Part shown: piece after piece, positions 30,122-40,581 of the stretch
Layout: every line of letters begins with the position of its first letter
Position numbering within the stretch: position 1 is the stretch's first letter
Assembly (NCBI GenBank): GCA_964342185.1
Contig: CAYFER010000002.1
Coordinates: 23,717-87,716 of the forward strand
Direction: 5' to 3'
Length of the DNA: 64,000 nt
DNA from: an uncultured Vicinamibacteraceae bacterium
GTDB lineage: Bacteria > Acidobacteriota > Vicinamibacteria > Vicinamibacterales > UBA8438
The notes under the pieces: model-generated
The model's input: only the letters and a program-made list of their open reading frames with translations
Told to the model about the DNA's origin: nothing
Database searches by the model: none
Translations under genes and position numbers: made by a program

Positions 30122-30948
30122 TGAAGACCCAACTACTCAATACCGAGTGGAGACAACGACAAAATAGAAGGACTCTTGTTTTTCGTGACCACTTTCGATC
30201 CAACCGAAACAAGTTCACACTCGCTTTATGGACCTTGTTCTCGTTGACGGCAATACCTGGTTCGCTACCACCCTCGATATCGGTTGAAATAAAAGCGCAA
30301 GCAAATCCGAATGACCGAGTGACTGAAAGACGCGATATGGTTGTGCGGCAAATTCGAAGGCGTGACGTCACGAATCCACTGGTCCTTTCCGCCATGGAGA
30401 CCGTTCCCCGTCATAGATTTGTACCGAACGATGCCTCACTTCAAAGCCGTGCGTACGCTGATACTCCTTTACCAATCGACCAAGGTCAGACAATCTCGCA
30501 ACCATATATCGTCGCCTACATGACCGAAGCCCTCCAATTGCCGCCAAACGCAAGAGTACTAGAGATCGGGACGGGGTCCGGGTATCAAGCTGCGGTGCTC
30601 GCAGAAATCGCGACCGAGGTTTACTCAATCGAGATCGTTCCAGAACTTGCAACCACATCGCGCGAACTACTTAACGAGCTAGGCTACGACAACGTACACG
30701 TTAGGATGGGAGACGGCTACGGAGGTTGGCCAGAGGAAGCTCCGTTTGACGGTGTCATCGTCACGGCCGCACCCGATCATATCCCTCCTGCACTTATCGA
30801 ACAGCTGGCAGAAGGTGCCCGCCTTGTAATTCCGGTCGGTGAAACCTACCAAGCCATCACGATCGTGACAAAACAAGCTGCCGGTTCCAGCAGCGAAGTA
30901 ACTCTCCCAGTACGTTTTGTACCAATGACAGGTGAAGCGGAAAGATAA
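30100..30948 (+). CDS. pcm: Protein-L-isoaspartate O-methyltransferase
   Basis: [41 protein letters not shown] and FVPM motifs. Start uncertain. Confidence 0.93.
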   Translation: MAWRTTLVKTQLLNTEWRQRQNRRTLVFRDHFRSNRNKFTLALWTLFSLTAIPGSLPPSISVEIKAQANPNDRVTERRDMVVRQIRRRDVTNPLVLSAMETVPRHRFVPNDASLQSRAYADTPLPIDQGQTISQPYIVAYMTEALQLPPNARVLEIGTGSGYQAAVLAEIATEVYSIEIVPELATTSRELLNELGYDNVHVRMGDGYGGWPEEAPFDGVIVTAAPDHIPPALIEQLAEGARLVIPVGETYQAITIVTKQAAGSSSEVTLPVRFVPMTGEAER

Positions 30949-31020
30949 AAAAGTCTCGCAAAGAAAACGTGGTTTCTTAATCACTCCTCTTGATTCTAGT
31001 AAACAAAATCAAATAAGAAT

Positions 31021-31926
31021 CTAACTGCTCTGAACATTGGTCGGCGCCTGGGCTGATAGCGTCTCACGGCCCGTCATTGAAACCTGGACGACCATCCGTT
31101 CGGATGTGTCAAGAAACGCCTTCGCTGCAGGCGAATTCTCTTCGGAGATAACAAGGGGAACGCCTGTATCACTCCCAACACGTATTGGCGTATAGATCGG
31201 AATTTTCCCCAGAAAAGGAACGCTCAGATCGTCGGCAACGCGCTGGCCACCACCTTCTCCAAAAATATCACTGCCATGTTCGCAACTCGGACAAACATAG
31301 TGACTCATATTCTCAATAATTCCCAAAGTCGAAATTTCAAGCTTCTTGTACATGGCAATCGCGCGACGACTATCAGCTAGTGAAACAGTTTGGGGTGTAG
31401 TAACGACAATGGCTCCAGTCACTGGGACTGTCTGGCTCAAACTCAGAGCGACATCTCCAGTTCCAGGAGGCATATCTACCACAAGATAATCAAGTTCGCC
31501 CCAGCGAACATCCTGAAAGAATTGCCGTACCACGCCATGCAACATCGGCCCACGCCAGATAATCGGCGCATCCGCGCTGGTTAGAAAACCCATTGACACA
31601 ACCTGAAGACCAAATTTTTCTGCCGGCACAATCTTCTTCCCATCACTCTCAAGTTGCGCATCGAGTCCGAGCATGATGGGAATATTAGGACCATAGACAT
31701 CGGCATCGATGATGCCTACTCGATTACCCGACCTTGAAAGAGCAATAGCCAAATTCACCGACACAGTCGTCTTGCCAACACCTCCCTTACCAGCGCCGAC
31801 AGCGATGATGTGTTTCACACCAGGAATTGCACGACTCACAGGCCCTTGGGGAGGCACACTTGTCGAACCGGGTTGACCTGCCATTGGCAAGGTTGTTCTC
31901 TTTGGCTGGTCTGACTCATTGGACAT
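31021..31926 (-). CDS. Mrp/NBP35 (ApbC) Fe-S cluster carrier ATPase
   Basis: GKGGVGKTT, DADVYGP, WRGPM, DMPPGTGD and ENMS..VCPSC motifs. Confidence 0.93.
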   Translation of the reverse strand: MSNESDQPKRTTLPMAGQPGSTSVPPQGPVSRAIPGVKHIIAVGAGKGGVGKTTVSVNLAIALSRSGNRVGIIDADVYGPNIPIMLGLDAQLESDGKKIVPAEKFGLQVVSMGFLTSADAPIIWRGPMLHGVVRQFFQDVRWGELDYLVVDMPPGTGDVALSLSQTVPVTGAIVVTTPQTVSLADSRRAIAMYKKLEISTLGIIENMSHYVCPSCEHGSDIFGEGGGQRVADDLSVPFLGKIPIYTPIRVGSDTGVPLVISEENSPAAKAFLDTSERMVVQVSMTGRETLSAQAPTNVQSS

Positions 31927-32098
31927 AACAAAAACCCTAACGACTTAACCGCTTGTCTCGCAATCCCAAAGCATCAGACGTGACAATCTGCAGCCCGCAA
32001 ACACAATTGAGGCACAGTATCTTTACCAAGATTAGAAAGCCTTCACATATTTAGACACGTCACCGATTGACGCAGGAACTTAACAACAAAAATTAGCC

Positions 32099-32740
32099 TC
32101 ATCTAATGGCAATATGAGCCCTAATTTGAATTTCAGCCGAGAACGGCGGTGTGACAGTGAATTTAAGACGAGCTCCGTGGCGAACACCAGGCGGTATCGC
32201 AAGTTCTAATTGATTAGACATCATACCGCTACCGGTTCCGGCACAGATGCCGCATGAGTTTGACCAGACCTCTCCCCTGCCGCCACAAATAGGACAGTCA
32301 GATCGAAACACGAGGTCCCAAGGAACACGAACTCCGTTTCGAGCTTCCGAAGCGGTTAATTCAACCTCCGTGCTATGTGTCTCAACTGACCAAACTCGAT
32401 CAGCTAGAGAATCACTATCCATCGTCGATACAACATCAGCAATCATCGCGGTTGAGGGAAATTCATTCACCATCCCGTCGTTTAATTCTCGAAAATCATC
32501 GTAAACGATACTGCAACCTTCAAGAAGACTCGACTCGGCAGGATATCTAGCATCGTACAGAGACCGTCGGTTCGAATCACTTAATACATCATAAGCTCGA
32601 CGAATCTCGTCAAGACCTTGAACTTGGAGCCCTTTTGCTGACTCTAAACGAACACGTCTTTCCAACGACCAATAAGCTCGACGAATCTCGTCAAGACCCG
32701 CAAATCTTGAAATTCCAAGAACTTGATAGTAACTCGACAT
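32099..32740 (-). CDS. Atypical DnaJ-like protein (J domain without HPD, partial Zn finger)
   Basis: YYQVLGI...EIRRAY...AYDVLSD...R..YD, CPICGGRG/CGICAGTG and IPPGV..G motifs. Start taken at MSSYY. Confidence 0.8.
   Translation of the reverse strand: MSSYYQVLGISRFAGLDEIRRAYWSLERRVRLESAKGLQVQGLDEIRRAYDVLSDSNRRSLYDARYPAESSLLEGCSIVYDDFRELNDGMVNEFPSTAMIADVVSTMDSDSLADRVWSVETHSTEVELTASEARNGVRVPWDLVFRSDCPICGGRGEVWSNSCGICAGTGSGMMSNQLELAIPPGVRHGARLKFTVTPPFSAEIQIRAHIAIR
32591..32698 (+). repeat. Exact 27-bp direct repeat ATAAGCTCGACGAATCTCGTCAAGACC (32591-32617 and 32672-32698)
   Basis: Seen directly. Encodes GLDEIRRAY twice, in frame, 81 bp apart. Confidence 0.9.
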
Positions 32741-32816
32741 GGAAGATTTACGATAGGTGCGGCGCAAGTTCTTGTCAAGAACTACAACGCCGACCTCTAG
32801 GTAACATGACTCTCGA

Positions 32817-33038
32817 CTACTGGGCGCCAAGGATATGCAGTATTTCGCGACGGATTGTGTCATCAGCCTCTCGAAAATCGAGCTCAGACTCACACTCGTC
32901 ACACAAGACCTCTAAGACCGCAGGCCTAGCTTCTTCTGAAACACCGACGACGTCGTCAACAATTTGAACAACATGCAGCTGGAGTGTCTTGACCTGAAAG
33001 TCAGATTCGTTTCCACAACTGGGGCAGGTCAATGCCAT
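32817..33038 (-). CDS. Small zinc-ribbon protein
   Basis: MALTCPSC...CDEC with an AGGAG Shine-Dalgarno sequence before ATG 33038. The upstream part of the 164-aa ORF is probably non-coding. Confidence 0.75.
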   Translation of the reverse strand: MALTCPSCGNESDFQVKTLQLHVVQIVDDVVGVSEEARPAVLEVLCDECESELDFREADDTIRREILHILGAQ

Positions 33039-33234
33039 CGTGAGTAAGCTCCTTTCGACTCCGGCTAATAGGCTACCGATAATTTGATTGTACGGGATGC
33101 CCTGAGAATCTCGCAACTTGTTAAGCAAATAGCACAACCCTACGATTGAAGGTTCCTCGCCTCCTCCTTTTGTCGATTGGCTAGCTTCGTGAAACATACC
33201 TGTTATACGATTTCCTAGTTGGTTGAGTCTACAA

Positions 33235-33429
33235 ATGAGCAATCCAAGTAATTTCACCATCCACTGTGAACAACGTGCCGGCCATTGGACTTCGTGGGTA
33301 ACGGCTGACAATGAGACAACCGCCGCTGGAGCAGTAGTTCTGGTAGGTCAAACTCAGGAAGAGGCCGAAGCAAACGCTCAGCAATGGGCAGACCGGCTTT
33401 CGGCTGACCCCAGGCTACTTCGGAGCTGA
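33235..33429 (+). CDS. Small hypothetical protein, HicB N-terminal-like pattern
   Basis: FTIHCEQRAGHWTSWV...GQTQEEAEANA. Confidence 0.6.
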   Translation: MSNPSNFTIHCEQRAGHWTSWVTADNETTAAGAVVLVGQTQEEAEANAQQWADRLSADPRLLRS

Positions 33430-33707
33430 GGGGTTTCAAATTCCATTGGTCGTTCTATTTGTTAGAAACGTAGACTACAGCTGTCTCTAAACAGGCGTTC
33501 TCGGTTGGCAATCATTTGAAGCGAGGGATTTCCCGTACGTGTTAATGCGATCATAATGCCGTTCGTCAGCACAGTGACTAAATTTGATGCTCTTCTTCTT
33601 ATAATGCTCCCCATCCGCGTATGGGTCTAGCAAAGCCGGTGGCCTGAGACGTATCGGTTTTGGTTCGAGGCCAGAGAGACTGTAATTGCAACGACCATAA
33701 TTAAACG

Positions 33708-36700
33708 ATGGCACTCCAACTCAAGTACGCGTCGAATGCGACACTGTTGCTTGACGATCTGGTGCGGTCACTTGGTACACCGAGCACACCTGCTGGTCTT
33801 GTGGTGCCGGTACTCATGCCGTCGTTACCATTGGTCGAACGTGCCAAGGTCACCCTTGCTCGACGGCGCGGGGTATCCATGGGCGTTTCGTTTCTATTGC
33901 CAGGCGCGTTTATTGAACGTATTGCCGAACTGGTCGGTGTGGACCCCATCCATCCATCGTGGCGCCCTGAAGGATTGTCGTGGCGATTGGTTCCACTCCT
34001 CGCGGCCATGGGGCGTGAAGGATACAGCCGCCATTTCGCGGCCATGTGTGTTGACAGCCGGGCACAGCTGGCACTAGCGAGAGAATTGGCCGACCGCTTC
34101 GATCAGTATCTCTATTTTCGTCCGGAGATGGTCGCAGCATGGGCTCGCAACGAGCGCTGGGAGGGTTTACCGGATACTGCCCGTGAAGATGAGGGGTGGC
34201 AGAAAGAGTTATGGCGCCGTCTGTCGTCTGGGCTGGACAATTATCCTGACCCGGCAGTTCGGTTATCTGATTTGGCGAGGCGCGTTGTAGACGGTAGTGG
34301 TGACCTCCCCGCCACACTGGAAGTGCTCGCCACAGGGCCGCTGCCGCCGACGCTCTTACCGCTATTGCGTGCCCTCGCCGGTCGGACCCATGTCTGCTTG
34401 CGCACACTGCTGCCATCGACCGAGTACCTAGGTGACATTCGAGCGGGGCGGTCACAGATGCGGGCGGGCGAAGTCGTGGACCCGGCCTGGGAAGGAAATC
34501 CACTTCTCTCACACCTCGGTAAACAAGCGATCGAAAGCTTTAAGAGTTTTGATGTCGAGCTTGTCGACAGTGGTCAGGAATACGAAGTCATACCACTGCC
34601 CGAATCACCTGCCACCACGTTGCTGCAACAGATCCAAGTCGATGTCAGGGCCGCACAGCAGCCGGCTAATCTTGAGCACACTGAGCTGAACCTTGATAAC
34701 GATCGTTCGATACGAGTTCACCGCTGCCATGGTGCCAGGCGTGAAGTGGAAATCGTTCGCGACGAGTTACTAAATGCCTTTACGGAGTTGCCTGACCTTC
34801 GAGCGAGTGAAATTCTGGTACTGGCACCTGACCTCGACACCTACGGACCACTGGCTGAGGCAATCTGCCGAGAAGGAGACCCGGCCTTACCCTTACGTCT
34901 GACCGAACGACGTATTGACCGCAGTGATCCCCTCGTAAAGACACTGAAGGCGATGCTGCAGTTTGCTGCAGGTCGCACACCACTCAGTGAAGGGATCGCA
35001 CTCTTAGAATTGCCTGCGGTTGGGGCGCGCATCGAGTTACTCGGGACCAAGCCAGAGACTCTCGCAAGAGACTTGCGGGCAGCGGGAATTACGTGGGGCT
35101 TAAATGGCGTACATCGTCAGGCGATGGATGCCGGCGACCTCTCAACCGGGACATGGCGCGCCTCGCTAGATCGGCTACTCGCCGGACTGTGGTTCGGAGG
35201 CGCTGACGACATCTGTGACGTGGACGGTCACCCTGTATTACCCGTTGCAGGTGACCTTGACGATGCAGAGGAAGCGGGCGGCGCGGTGCTGAACTGGGTT
35301 GATGGCCTGATCCGTCTGTTTGAGGAATGGCAGGACGATGCCAGCCCAAGCCAGTGGGCAGTACGACTAGACCACGCACTGGACAAAATCGTTGCATCTG
35401 ATGACGGACGGTTTGACCCGACGATCTCCGCCGACCTGATCGATCAACTACGCGTTGCGGAACAAGAGCACGGATGCACGGAACGAATATCCGTTGGAGC
35501 TGTCGGTGACTGGCTGGAACGTCTCGTCAATGACGAAGTTCGGTCTATGGCACGCGTCGGAGGCGGGATAGCGATGGGGGGCTTCAAACCACTTCGCGCA
35601 ATCCCCTGTCGCGTCTTGGTGTTGATGGGGATGCACGATTCGGCGTTCCCACGAAAATCTCGATCACCGGCGTGGGATCTTCTCGCAGCGACACCACAGC
35701 CAAGTGACCGTGACCCGTTACGAGATGACCGGCAGCTATTTCTTGATGCTGTGCTGGCCGCGGAAGACCGCGTCATCGTCACTGCAACCGCACGAAATAT
35801 TCGAAGCAATAAAGAGGAACCACTTTCGGCGTGTGTCGATTCCTTCCTGCGGGTGGCGACTAGGACGTCTTCGAATCGGGTTGACGAGCAAGAACGGTTT
35901 AAACAGTTACTACTCGTCGATCACCGGCTACAACCCTTTCATCAAAGCTACTTCGCCGGAAAAGACGCATCATTCGACTATCGCTATGCCGATGTGGCTC
36001 GGTTGTTTCAGCAAAACCGTGAAAAAGAACGACCGTTTGCATCAGTCTGCGGCGGGGTCGATAGCACTCCAATAAGAAGTGACCTTGAACTGGACCGATT
36101 GATACGTGACTTCAAGGATCCGTGGTCACGATGGTTGGAGACGTTGGAGGTCGTCTTGCCACAGGATGGCGAAGACCCGCTGGCGCTGGACCGTGAACCG
36201 GTGGAGGCTCCATCGGGTTTGATTCGATGGCAGATCTTGCGCGAAGTGATCGACGTAACGCTGGCCAATCGCGGTAGCTTTCTCGAAGAACGACTAGCCG
36301 CTAACCGTAGACTGCCGTACGGTCAACTCGGCAGGACGATGGGTAAACAGGTGATTGAACTGGGGCACTCAATGGCGAAACTGGCTATGCAAGAGGCTAG
36401 TGGTTCGCTGGTTCCACATCATCTGGTGTACCGACACATCGCACCATGGGTTGCCGGCACAGTCTATGTGAATGAAAAACGGACCGTACATGTAGTCATC
36501 ATTCCTGGTGATCTGAAGGAGCATCCACACTACCGTCTCGAAACTTGGATACGTGCAACGTTTGCGGCCGCGGCAGGACTAGACATTGAAACGATAGTGG
36601 TCTCACGACGAGATAAAGCGACACGGATTAATCGCATGCGACCGATTGGAAAAGCGGTGGCGCGGACGTCGCTAGACACCTTGCTGCAACTGTGGCTTCA

Positions 36701-36989
36701 GATGAGACAGCGCCCAGTTCCGTTTAAGCCTGCGACGAGCGCAGTGATTTTCAAGGAACGTGAGGGTGGAGCTGTGCATGAAAAAGCCATGCAAGCATGG
36801 AACACCCAATACAACGACCTACCTGGCGACGGCGATGGACCCGCGGCGCAGCTGGTGTGGCGTGGCCAAGATCCGTTCGTCGGAGCGACGCTTGATGAAT
36901 GGCAAGAACTAGCAAGGGTCGTATTTGAGCGAGTGGAGAACTGGGTTACGGGTACCGAGGAAGACATGGCTGGTGTCGTGCATGAATGA
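33708..36989 (+). CDS. recC: Exodeoxyribonuclease V gamma subunit
   Basis: ASN, FDQYLYFRP, NPLLSHLGK, HGARREVEI, LRAIPCRVLVLMGM, DDRQLFL and LQPF motifs. 1093 aa. Confidence 0.92.
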   Translation: MALQLKYASNATLLLDDLVRSLGTPSTPAGLVVPVLMPSLPLVERAKVTLARRRGVSMGVSFLLPGAFIERIAELVGVDPIHPSWRPEGLSWRLVPLLAAMGREGYSRHFAAMCVDSRAQLALARELADRFDQYLYFRPEMVAAWARNERWEGLPDTAREDEGWQKELWRRLSSGLDNYPDPAVRLSDLARRVVDGSGDLPATLEVLATGPLPPTLLPLLRALAGRTHVCLRTLLPSTEYLGDIRAGRSQMRAGEVVDPAWEGNPLLSHLGKQAIESFKSFDVELVDSGQEYEVIPLPESPATTLLQQIQVDVRAAQQPANLEHTELNLDNDRSIRVHRCHGARREVEIVRDELLNAFTELPDLRASEILVLAPDLDTYGPLAEAICREGDPALPLRLTERRIDRSDPLVKTLKAMLQFAAGRTPLSEGIALLELPAVGARIELLGTKPETLARDLRAAGITWGLNGVHRQAMDAGDLSTGTWRASLDRLLAGLWFGGADDICDVDGHPVLPVAGDLDDAEEAGGAVLNWVDGLIRLFEEWQDDASPSQWAVRLDHALDKIVASDDGRFDPTISADLIDQLRVAEQEHGCTERISVGAVGDWLERLVNDEVRSMARVGGGIAMGGFKPLRAIPCRVLVLMGMHDSAFPRKSRSPAWDLLAATPQPSDRDPLRDDRQLFLDAVLAAEDRVIVTATARNIRSNKEEPLSACVDSFLRVATRTSSNRVDEQERFKQLLLVDHRLQPFHQSYFAGKDASFDYRYADVARLFQQNREKERPFASVCGGVDSTPIRSDLELDRLIRDFKDPWSRWLETLEVVLPQDGEDPLALDREPVEAPSGLIRWQILREVIDVTLANRGSFLEERLAANRRLPYGQLGRTMGKQVIELGHSMAKLAMQEASGSLVPHHLVYRHIAPWVAGTVYVNEKRTVHVVIIPGDLKEHPHYRLETWIRATFAAAAGLDIETIVVSRRDKATRINRMRPIGKAVARTSLDTLLQLWLQMRQRPVPFKPATSAVIFKEREGGAVHEKAMQAWNTQYNDLPGDGDGPAAQLVWRGQDPFVGATLDEWQELARVVFERVENWVTGTEEDMAGVVHE

Positions 36990-39900
36990 TTTCGATTTAC
37001 AGCAGACCGATATACCGGTCGGCATCTCAGTCATCGAGGCAAGTGCGGGAACGGGCAAGACCTGGACGATCGCGCATCTCGTGCCCCGTCTACTCGTCGA
37101 TGGCGTGGTGAACAACATTGGCGAAATCTTGCTAGTCACCTTTACGGAGGACGCAGCGCGTGAACTCGAGGATCGGACGAGACGGCAGCTGGCGACGTTA
37201 GTAGCCTGTCACGATCAAAACGTTCCACCGGAAGCGACTGAACCCGGGATTGCGCTGTTACTTGAACGACTCGCAACGCTCGACGATGAAACCCGCACTG
37301 CGGCGAAGGTACGATTGCGGTTAGCGCTTGAGGAAAGTGACCAACTCTGGGTATCAACGATCCATGCATTTTGTAAACGAGTCCTCGCAGCTGAACCGTT
37401 TCTATGTGGTCTCTCTGCTGCTGTGACTCTCATTCCTAATGACAGTGAGATCCGAGCAGATGCGATCAAAGACACTTGGCGAGCGGACATTGGCTGTGAC
37501 CCGATACTGGCCGAGGCGGCATCCGTTGGCAAGTGGTCGGTTAAACAAGATCTGAAATCGTGGGAGGACGTAACGCGGCGGCCGGAAGCCCGTTTCGACC
37601 CCAACCCGACTTCACTCAAGACGGCACGACAAGCAATCGTCGAGGCGGCCTCTGCCGTGCTGAAAGAGCGTGACGACCTTCTTGTAATTGAGGCGATCGC
37701 GCAGCGTGACGAAATACGATTGAATCGATCTGGTCAAGTATCTGTGGGAGAACTCAAGCGGTGGCACGGTCTGCTCACTGACATGGACCCAGAACAGCCC
37801 GCGGCGATTTTGTTTGAAATTACGACAAAGCTTGCGGACGGAACTTCGTGGTTTAGTCGCAGAAGTAGAGCAGGAAAAACAGCGTGTAAGGAAGTTGCCG
37901 AACTACCCGTCGTGCGCACAGCAACAGAGTTCACGACGGAGATTAAACGTCTCACGTGGGCGTGGACGAAGCACGTCTGTGACGCCTCTCAAAAACGACT
38001 GGAACTTACGCTTCGCCAGAGAAATGCGATCACTTATAGCGACTTGATCGCACGTCTTCATGCCTCGCTGTGCAGAGAGGGTAATCGAGGGGTGCTTGCC
38101 CGTCGTCTAGCGACACGGTGGCGCGTAGGACTTATTGATGAGAGTCAGGATACAGATAGCCGGCAACTGGAGATTTTTCGCGCGGTATTTCAGTCCGAGC
38201 CGGAGCCGGGTCGCCTGATTTTGGTGGGAGATCCAAAGCAAGCCATCTACAGCTTTCGTGGAGGAGATCTTGACGCGTACCTATCGGCGCGTCCTGCTGA
38301 TAACGCATGCGTCACACAGCTCTCAAGAACCTATCGCTCGGCAGAGGGGTTAGTCGTAGCGATGAATGCGCTCTTCGGATGCGACAACGCTTTCGGAGAT
38401 TCGAGGCTGGCCTATCCTGCAGCGGCCGCAGTGCGTAAGGATACAGAGTTACCCCTACCTGACGACGGCCAAGCTCGTTTCGTAGCCTGGCTCGTTCCGG
38501 ATGAAGACCTCGACAACTGGCAAGCGTCCGACACACGTCGCGACCGGGCGGCAGACTGCACGGCGACAGCGATTGTTCAGTTACTCGATCAAGCAGTCGG
38601 CACGCCGGTTCAACCGGTCAACCCGGCGCACGTAGCGGTACTTACGCGGACAAATCAGGAGGCGGAACAGGTCGCGACGGCATTACAGCTTCGTGGGGTG
38701 CCGGCCGTTGTTCGCTCCGACAAGGATGTCATGCAAAGCGACATGGCATCGGACCTCATCTTAATTCTCCGGTCGGTTTTAACACCGCAACATAACGGGT
38801 GGCGGCGGGCAGCGTTGGCGACGCGTCTATTTAGATACGACGCAGAGCAATTGCTGTCGATGACGGACGATGACGCTGAGCGGCAGCTGACCTTATTCTC
38901 TGAGTTGGGCAACCTTTGGCGACGGCGCGGAATTGCCGGGTTAATGGCTAAGCTCGAGAACTCGTCCAGTGTCCTGTTACGGCTGGCCGAAGCGCCGGCT
39001 GGTGAACGTCACCTGACCGACCTGAGACACCTGTTCGAACTGCTACAAACGCAGGAATCACATGAACAGCGTTCACCAGAAATGTTATTGGACTGGTTTG
39101 GCAGACAGCGCATGTCAAAAGAGGTAGCCCCAGATGAACGGTTATACCGTATCGAAAAGGATGACGAGGCCGTGCAGGTTGTCACAGTGCATAAGGCGAA
39201 AGGCCTGGAGTTTGACTTCGTGTTCTGTCCGTATTTGTGGTCCGCTTTGGAAGCGCGACACAAAAACAAGCGCATACTAGTTCGCCGGGACGGAGAATGG
39301 GTGTTTGTAGATGGGAAGCAACGGGACGCTGACGCTGATCGGTTACGCGTGAAGACTGCACGACTGATAGAGGAAATCCGATTGACGTACGTCGCACTCA
39401 CCCGGGCATGCCGTCGTGTGACAATTCTCGCCGGCCCGATCGGGTACGGTCGGCAACAGTACTCGCTGCCAGTGACCGCACTGGACTGGCTTCTCCGAAC
39501 CAAGGTTGCCGCTTCGGAGTCCGTGGAAGACTGGTGCACAGGGATGTCAAAGAGGAAACAGGAGCACGGTTCCTGCACCCATCAGGAGTCACTTGAGCGA
39601 TTATGTCGCGAAAACCCGGACGTCATCACGATCTGCCCTCCTCCGGTACCCACCCTGAACACGTGGAAAGATCAGCGGCGCGATCACCAGAAACTCAGTA
39701 CGCGGCCGGCACCATCACTTGTCCTTGACGCGTGGAACGTGAGTAGTTTTTCAAGCCTCGCGCACGGTCGACATGAGGAACAGGATCGGCGCGATATCGT
39801 TACAAACGCGGTGGTGATGGATAACCCAAGTGAGATAGAAAGTCCCCAAACGGACTTGGTGCCACTTTGGAATTTTGCCAGAGGGACTCGTGCCGGCAAT

Positions 39901-40581
39901 TGTTTACACGAGTTACTGGAAACGTGGAATTTCGCCGAGGAACCGACTGCGCTGGTAAAACGGAGTCTGCAGCGGCAGCGATTGTACTCCGATGAGTCTG
40001 CAAGCGCAGTTCAACAGATGCTCGACAATCTCAAAACCGTCCAGCTTCAAACTTTGCAAGCCGGTCTGGACGCAGCGGCTGCCGACAAATCGCTGTCGGA
40101 ATGGGAATTCTTACTCCCACTCGGCACGACGGCGATCACTGGAAACCTACTGTCCGAAACGTTCGCTCAACACGCACGAACGGACGACGAACGGCAGTAT
40201 GCGAAAAGTCTGGCCGGCTTACCCGGTTCCGCCGTTTCAGGTATGTTGACCGGATATATCGACCGGATCGTCCGCAGTGACGACCAGTGGGCCGTACTGG
40301 ACTGGAAGAGTAATTACTTGGGTTCAAGGTCACAAGATTATGCACAGGAGGCGATGTGGGAATGTGCCGCATCGCAGCACTATCTCCTCCAAGTTCATCT
40401 GTATCTCGTCGCGCTCCGGCGCTACCTACGATTGTTTGACGCCCCGGCGACAGCAGTCTCAGGATGCATAGTTTTTTTGCGGGGCGTACAACCGAGATCC
40501 AGCAAGGGACTTCTTGAGCTCCTCCCTCCTGACGCCTTGTTAACTGACCTCGATGCGTTGTTTGACGGAGAACACTCATGA
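36982..40581 (+). CDS. recB: Exodeoxyribonuclease V beta subunit (helicase-nuclease)
   Basis: IEASAGTGKT, VTFT..AA.EL, STIHAFC, IDESQD, GDPKQAIYSFRG, TVHKAKGLEF and YVALTRA motifs; nuclease GYID...DWKSN...Q..LY. ATG overlaps the recC stop. Confidence 0.95.
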   Translation: MNDFDLQQTDIPVGISVIEASAGTGKTWTIAHLVPRLLVDGVVNNIGEILLVTFTEDAARELEDRTRRQLATLVACHDQNVPPEATEPGIALLLERLATLDDETRTAAKVRLRLALEESDQLWVSTIHAFCKRVLAAEPFLCGLSAAVTLIPNDSEIRADAIKDTWRADIGCDPILAEAASVGKWSVKQDLKSWEDVTRRPEARFDPNPTSLKTARQAIVEAASAVLKERDDLLVIEAIAQRDEIRLNRSGQVSVGELKRWHGLLTDMDPEQPAAILFEITTKLADGTSWFSRRSRAGKTACKEVAELPVVRTATEFTTEIKRLTWAWTKHVCDASQKRLELTLRQRNAITYSDLIARLHASLCREGNRGVLARRLATRWRVGLIDESQDTDSRQLEIFRAVFQSEPEPGRLILVGDPKQAIYSFRGGDLDAYLSARPADNACVTQLSRTYRSAEGLVVAMNALFGCDNAFGDSRLAYPAAAAVRKDTELPLPDDGQARFVAWLVPDEDLDNWQASDTRRDRAADCTATAIVQLLDQAVGTPVQPVNPAHVAVLTRTNQEAEQVATALQLRGVPAVVRSDKDVMQSDMASDLILILRSVLTPQHNGWRRAALATRLFRYDAEQLLSMTDDDAERQLTLFSELGNLWRRRGIAGLMAKLENSSSVLLRLAEAPAGERHLTDLRHLFELLQTQESHEQRSPEMLLDWFGRQRMSKEVAPDERLYRIEKDDEAVQVVTVHKAKGLEFDFVFCPYLWSALEARHKNKRILVRRDGEWVFVDGKQRDADADRLRVKTARLIEEIRLTYVALTRACRRVTILAGPIGYGRQQYSLPVTALDWLLRTKVAASESVEDWCTGMSKRKQEHGSCTHQESLERLCRENPDVITICPPPVPTLNTWKDQRRDHQKLSTRPAPSLVLDAWNVSSFSSLAHGRHEEQDRRDIVTNAVVMDNPSEIESPQTDLVPLWNFARGTRAGNCLHELLETWNFAEEPTALVKRSLQRQRLYSDESASAVQQMLDNLKTVQLQTLQAGLDAAAADKSLSEWEFLLPLGTTAITGNLLSETFAQHARTDDERQYAKSLAGLPGSAVSGMLTGYIDRIVRSDDQWAVLDWKSNYLGSRSQDYAQEAMWECAASQHYLLQVHLYLVALRRYLRLFDAPATAVSGCIVFLRGVQPRSSKGLLELLPPDALLTDLDALFDGEHS

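Noticed and set aside
33430-33707. att-site duplication of the tRNA-Ala 3' end at the left edge of the recCBD block
   Set aside because: No copy of TGGTGGACCAGAC was found by eye. The shared CCATTGGT after both small ORFs is only 8 bp and is compatible with chance.
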